Notes under the pieces: model-generated
What the model was told of the DNA's origin: nothing
Databases searched by the model: none
Seen by the model: only the letters and a program-made list of their open reading frames with translations
IMG/VR virus record: IMGVR_UViG_3300022666_000306
Span: 1 to 41,200 of that record
Strand: one strand, 5' to 3'
From: a virus
Taxonomy: Duplodnaviria; Caudoviricetes
DNA: 41,200 nt
Program-made: the position numbers and the translations under genes
Shown here: piece by piece, positions 37,293 through 41,200 of the stretch
How positions within the stretch are numbered: the first letter of the stretch is position 1
Layout of the letters: each line of letters opens with the position of its first letter

Positions 37293-39324
37293 AATACAAT
37301 TAAAACTAACGATAGACGGTAAAGAAGCACTTGCTACCTTAAATCTTACTGATGAAGAAATAAAAGAGATTGCTCGTTCTATTAATGAGGTTGGAGAAGA
37401 AAATAAAGAAACAGCTAAAGAATTCGCACAATGGGGAATGATAGTAACCGGCTTAAGAGAAAGTGTTGAATCTGTAAAAGAGGCATTTTCTAAACTTAAT
37501 GTAATGGCAAAAGAAGCTGCCGAGCTTGAAGTACTAAAAGATAACTTCAAAGGAACAGCAGATAATTTAGAATTATTTCGTAGAGCGACGGCAGAAACGG
37601 TTTCAGAAGCAAATTTAATTAAACTTTCAAACCAAGCCACTGACTTAGGGCTTACTTTTGAACAGCAAGCAGTATTGTTTAGTTTATCAGAAGATGCCGC
37701 GGATAAGTATGGTGGTAGTGTTGAATCCAATTTTATGAAAATAGTTGCCGCAAGTGAGGGAGCTTCAAAAGGATTAAAGTCTCTTGGTATTCAAAAAGAA
37801 GTTTACGAAAAGATAGTTAAGGATCTTGCTTTAGCACAAGGCGATACCATTGACAAATTAGACGCCGAGAGTCAGAAACAAATCAGATTAGAAGCAATAC
37901 TAAAAGCGAGTGGAGTTACTTTAGAAGATGTAAAAAATAAAGTTAAAGACAACGCCGATAAACTCGAAGCGTTTAATGTAAAGATAGAAGAAGCCAAAGT
38001 AAAGACTGGACAGTTTATTAAAGACGGATTAATTGTCTTAGTCGATGAATTAGATAAAACAGGTAAAGGTGGAAAGGCAATATTTGACACGTTTACCGGT
38101 GTTGGAGGAGTATTTATGGACTTATTACCTGTCCTTGCTTCTATTAAACTTGCCTTTGGTGGAATAACTAAAGCCGGATTATTAATGGGTGGTGCAGTAG
38201 CCGGTGCTTTAGCAGATGTTGTTTTATTTATAAAAATGCTGGAAGCAAGAGCCGGTTTAATTAACTCGCAGATAAATGCTTATGCAAGTCAGCAAGAATT
38301 CAAAAATAATCAATTTAGCTTATTGGCTGAGACAATGGGTAAAGATAATAAGCAATTAGAAGAAGGAATTAAATTATTAGAACAATGGATTGGTGCAGAT
38401 GAGAAAAGATTTGGTAAAACAGCGGATAGTGAATTGAATGCACGAATATCTAAGGACCTTACTTATAACAGGCAATTACTTGATGCTTATAAAAATAGAT
38501 TAAGCATATTAAAAGAAGAAGGGAAAGGAACTGAGAATAAACTTTCAAAACTGAAGTTAGAAAAAGAAGCAGTTAAGGAAATAAAAAACGAATATGTATC
38601 AATGTATAATATTGAAAATGCCTTCGCTGATTTTATGAATAAATTTACATTTAATTTAAGAGAATGGAGAAGACAGCAAGAGATTGAAAGAGAAGATGCA
38701 ATAAGGAGAATGGAAGCCAAAGAAAAAGAGAATACAGGCGAGAAAATAAAACCTACCAATGAGAAAAGTGATTTTGAAAAATGGAATGAATTGATAGATA
38801 TTACGAGTAGTGTAAATGAAGGTGTGAATGCTTTATGGGACAACTTTATCATACGTTCGAGACAAGCTAAAGATGAATGGGACGCAGTCTGGTTAGCAAT
38901 GCGAAATAGTGCCTTGAAGAGATTAGGTGAAATATTAGCGTCTCAAATAACTAATAGTATTTTTTCAATCGGTGCTAAATTGCTTGGCGGTATTATCGGT
39001 ATCGCAACTGGTAATCCATTAATAGCAGGTGCCGCCGTGGGAGCAATACCGATGGCAGACGGCGGAGTAATAACTAAACCGACTTTGGTTTATGCAGGTG
39101 AAAGAGGAAACGAAGCATTTATTCCACTCAATAAAATGGATAGCCTATTAAATAAGACTATCATTAATTCAGGTCAAATAAACTCTCTTAAACCAATTGT
39201 AAATGTTAATGTAATTAACGACCAACCTATTCAAGTAAACGGTGAACTTGGATTTGAATTAGATGAATTAAGAGTAAAACTAAGAAAAATAGAAAACGAC
39301 ATTGCACGCTATAAAGTAGGTTAA
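37285..39324 (+). CDS. Tail tape measure protein
   Basis: Long helical Ala/Lys/Glu-rich protein, hydrophobic stretches, MADGG...AGERG.EA..PL; ATG at 37285. Confidence 0.9.
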   Translation: MTEIQLKLTIDGKEALATLNLTDEEIKEIARSINEVGEENKETAKEFAQWGMIVTGLRESVESVKEAFSKLNVMAKEAAELEVLKDNFKGTADNLELFRRATAETVSEANLIKLSNQATDLGLTFEQQAVLFSLSEDAADKYGGSVESNFMKIVAASEGASKGLKSLGIQKEVYEKIVKDLALAQGDTIDKLDAESQKQIRLEAILKASGVTLEDVKNKVKDNADKLEAFNVKIEEAKVKTGQFIKDGLIVLVDELDKTGKGGKAIFDTFTGVGGVFMDLLPVLASIKLAFGGITKAGLLMGGAVAGALADVVLFIKMLEARAGLINSQINAYASQQEFKNNQFSLLAETMGKDNKQLEEGIKLLEQWIGADEKRFGKTADSELNARISKDLTYNRQLLDAYKNRLSILKEEGKGTENKLSKLKLEKEAVKEIKNEYVSMYNIENAFADFMNKFTFNLREWRRQQEIEREDAIRRMEAKEKENTGEKIKPTNEKSDFEKWNELIDITSSVNEGVNALWDNFIIRSRQAKDEWDAVWLAMRNSALKRLGEILASQITNSIFSIGAKLLGGIIGIATGNPLIAGAAVGAIPMADGGVITKPTLVYAGERGNEAFIPLNKMDSLLNKTIINSGQINSLKPIVNVNVINDQPIQVNGELGFELDELRVKLRKIENDIARYKVG

Positions 39325-39327
39325 GGA

Positions 39328-40971
39328 ATGGCAAGAAATAAAGTACTTATTGGCAATGCCGGGATAGTGAAAATTTATGATAAGACCTATAAACCAAAAA
39401 TAGAGATTTACTATCCTGATGAAGATGACTATTTTGCTTATGGGTATGACGGCGGAATGATTAAGCATAAGACTTATGACTCTGAGTTTATAGGTTACTC
39501 TAAACTGCATTGGAGCGGATTCAATGGTGGAAGTGTAAGCATAGTAAGTCAGCAATTGGTTGTCAGCAAGTCAGCAGTACTTTCAGGATCAGAAGCATTG
39601 AGGACTATCTTTTGCGATTCATTGTATAAAGTAGAGGTATTAGTAACACAATTAACAAGTGGAGAAATTTATTTTTATTATGGTGATGAAAAAATATTAT
39701 TTGGGACAGCTAATTCAATAGGGCAAAAACAATTCCAATTTATTGCACTAACTACTACAACCAAAATAATTATCGAACATAGCACAGGCGAAAGTTTTAG
39801 TATTGATAATATTTATATAACGCAAGAAGATGAAGCCAAACTAATCAATCCAGGGGATTTCGAGTTCGACGGAAACGAAGAAGATGATTTTTTCTTTCAA
39901 CCTATAAAGTACAATTTAAGCTTCAAATTAAAAAGTAATAATCAGCAGAGATATGAATCTCTTTTAAGTGAATTACAGACACAAATATCTATAATCACTC
40001 TTAATGATGAATATGATTTACAGGTGGCAAAATTAGTTATCGTGGAAACTGAATCTGTTTATATTAAAAAAGAAATAACAATTAAGACTAAAAATATTCG
40101 TTCAGTCGATATATTTAAGGAATATGAGAAAGGAAACCCGCCAACTTATTTAGAGACATATCTGAATGATTTCTTTAGAAAACTTAATCCGACAGAGCCT
40201 TATGATGAGGTTATCTGGATTTCTGACTGGGAAGTGGAGACCGATAGAGGCACCTACTCAATTAAAGAATGCAAAATGAGTTGGAAAAACCTTTACAGCA
40301 CTACTACTCCATTTACAACTAAAAAAGAAATAGTGAAAGCAGTGCTAAATAATCTTGCATCATACTTAATTGAGGGAGTAGAAGATAATAAACTCTATGT
40401 AATGCCAATTTTTTTTAATAACAATTCTCAACTATTCAGGATCTCCGACTTAGACATTTTAGAAATAAAGACCGGTACAAGAATTTCTTCTTTAAGAATT
40501 CAAGGTTACGACGGAAGAAAAATAGAATACACGGTTCACAACGGAAACGGAGAATACATCGAACACCCTGTGCTGAGTAATGAGGGTGGAGAAAAAATAG
40601 ATAACATTGAAGTAAAACTTGTCTTTCCTTTTCCTTGTAATGGAGAAGACGAATATGACAGTGAAGGATATAGTAGTTCATTATTTGACCCTGAATATCC
40701 CGTAATTACAAGTAAAGTACGGTATCTTAAAGATGAAGCAGTTTATTCTGCTCAAGATAGTTTTGTTAATCATTGTATTGAAATTATCGAAGCACAAAAA
40801 AAAAGCAATAGAAATATTCTTAAGTTAAAGCTCAAAGGATGTCAATATCAGCCCCACTGGTTCTATCAATTAAGAAATACTGAAAAGGTTTACAGAGTCT
40901 TGAAATTAAAGAGAAATCGCAGTAAAAATTACACCGGTTTAACTTTAATTGAGTGTTTAGAATTACCCTAA
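39328..40971 (+). CDS. Putative tail tip/hub protein
   Basis: Only gene after tape measure; beta-rich, possible carbohydrate-binding insert (FSIDNIYI). Confidence 0.55.
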   Translation: MARNKVLIGNAGIVKIYDKTYKPKIEIYYPDEDDYFAYGYDGGMIKHKTYDSEFIGYSKLHWSGFNGGSVSIVSQQLVVSKSAVLSGSEALRTIFCDSLYKVEVLVTQLTSGEIYFYYGDEKILFGTANSIGQKQFQFIALTTTTKIIIEHSTGESFSIDNIYITQEDEAKLINPGDFEFDGNEEDDFFFQPIKYNLSFKLKSNNQQRYESLLSELQTQISIITLNDEYDLQVAKLVIVETESVYIKKEITIKTKNIRSVDIFKEYEKGNPPTYLETYLNDFFRKLNPTEPYDEVIWISDWEVETDRGTYSIKECKMSWKNLYSTTTPFTTKKEIVKAVLNNLASYLIEGVEDNKLYVMPIFFNNNSQLFRISDLDILEIKTGTRISSLRIQGYDGRKIEYTVHNGNGEYIEHPVLSNEGGEKIDNIEVKLVFPFPCNGEDEYDSEGYSSSLFDPEYPVITSKVRYLKDEAVYSAQDSFVNHCIEIIEAQKKSNRNILKLKLKGCQYQPHWFYQLRNTEKVYRVLKLKRNRSKNYTGLTLIECLELP

Positions 40972-41036
40972 GAAGAAAAAACTGGTACAATTTAGGGTAC
41001 AATGGGAATTTTGAGGGTTTCAAAGATAAAACAAAA

Positions 41037-41067
41037 AACCTTGTAAGTTATTGTCCTACAAGGTTTT
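41037..41067 (-). terminator. Phage-supplied terminator downstream of the restored tRNA
   Basis: AAAACCTTGTA...TACAAGGTTTT with T-tract on minus strand; possibly bidirectional. Confidence 0.65.
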
Positions 41068-41073
41068 AATTAT

Positions 41074-41120
41074 GTGCACCTTGCCGGACTCGAACCGGCG
41101 ACCTGTTGATTAAGAGTCAA
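41074..41120. repeat. att core copy 2
   Basis: Identical to 81-127. Confidence 0.97.
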
Positions 41121-41147
41121 ATGCTCTACCAACTGAGCTAAAGGTGC
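41075..41147 (-). tRNA. tRNA-Lys(CTT), CCA not encoded
   Basis: GCACCTT/AAGGTGC acceptor stem, TAGCTCAGTTGGTAGAGC D-arm, CTCTTAA anticodon loop, GGTTCGAGTCC T-arm. Confidence 0.96.
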
Positions 41148-41200
41148 ACTGCAAAAATACTGAATTGAATCTGAGTTTCAAAGTGGATTATTGTTTTTAA

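Larger units (their letters stand above)
81..41120. mobile_element. Complete integrated temperate prophage (Mu-like head, siphovirus-type tail, tyrosine integrase)
   Basis: Flanking 47-bp direct repeats matching the tRNA 3' part; integrase next to one repeat; immunity, replication, packaging, head, lysis and tail modules inside. Confidence 0.97.

Noticed and set aside
34904-40971. Diversity-generating retroelement or tail-fibre shufflon
   Set aside because: No reverse transcriptase, TR/VR pair or invertase seen

Overview
The window holds an apparently complete ~41 kb AT-rich temperate prophage integrated in a minus-strand tRNA-Lys(CTT) gene and bounded by a perfect 47-bp direct repeat (81-127 and 41074-41120). 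The order is: tyrosine integrase; immunity region (S24-type CI, a degenerate S24-only paralogue, AbrB-like and Cro/CII-like regulators); recombination and replication genes; a HEPN-like moron pair; a 7-deazaguanine cluster (queD, queE, folE, a 31-codon queC stub, a dpdA/TGT-like gene, ParB-like) running directly into the terminase genes; a minus-strand cassette (42-aa remnant, SIR2-like, TIR with Glu->Lys); an MTase-Mrr-like fusion and lipoproteins; Mu-like head genes with the portal block reversed; lysis genes; and a compact non-contractile tail module with an unannotated -1 frameshift chaperone. The best candidates for new biology are the QueC-less, terminase-coupled deazaguanine module and the SIR2/TIR cassette. 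The host may be FCB-group (Ignavibacteria-like), inferred only from Gln-after-signal-peptide proteins, low GC and SD use. All family calls come from motif recognition by eye, not database searches.
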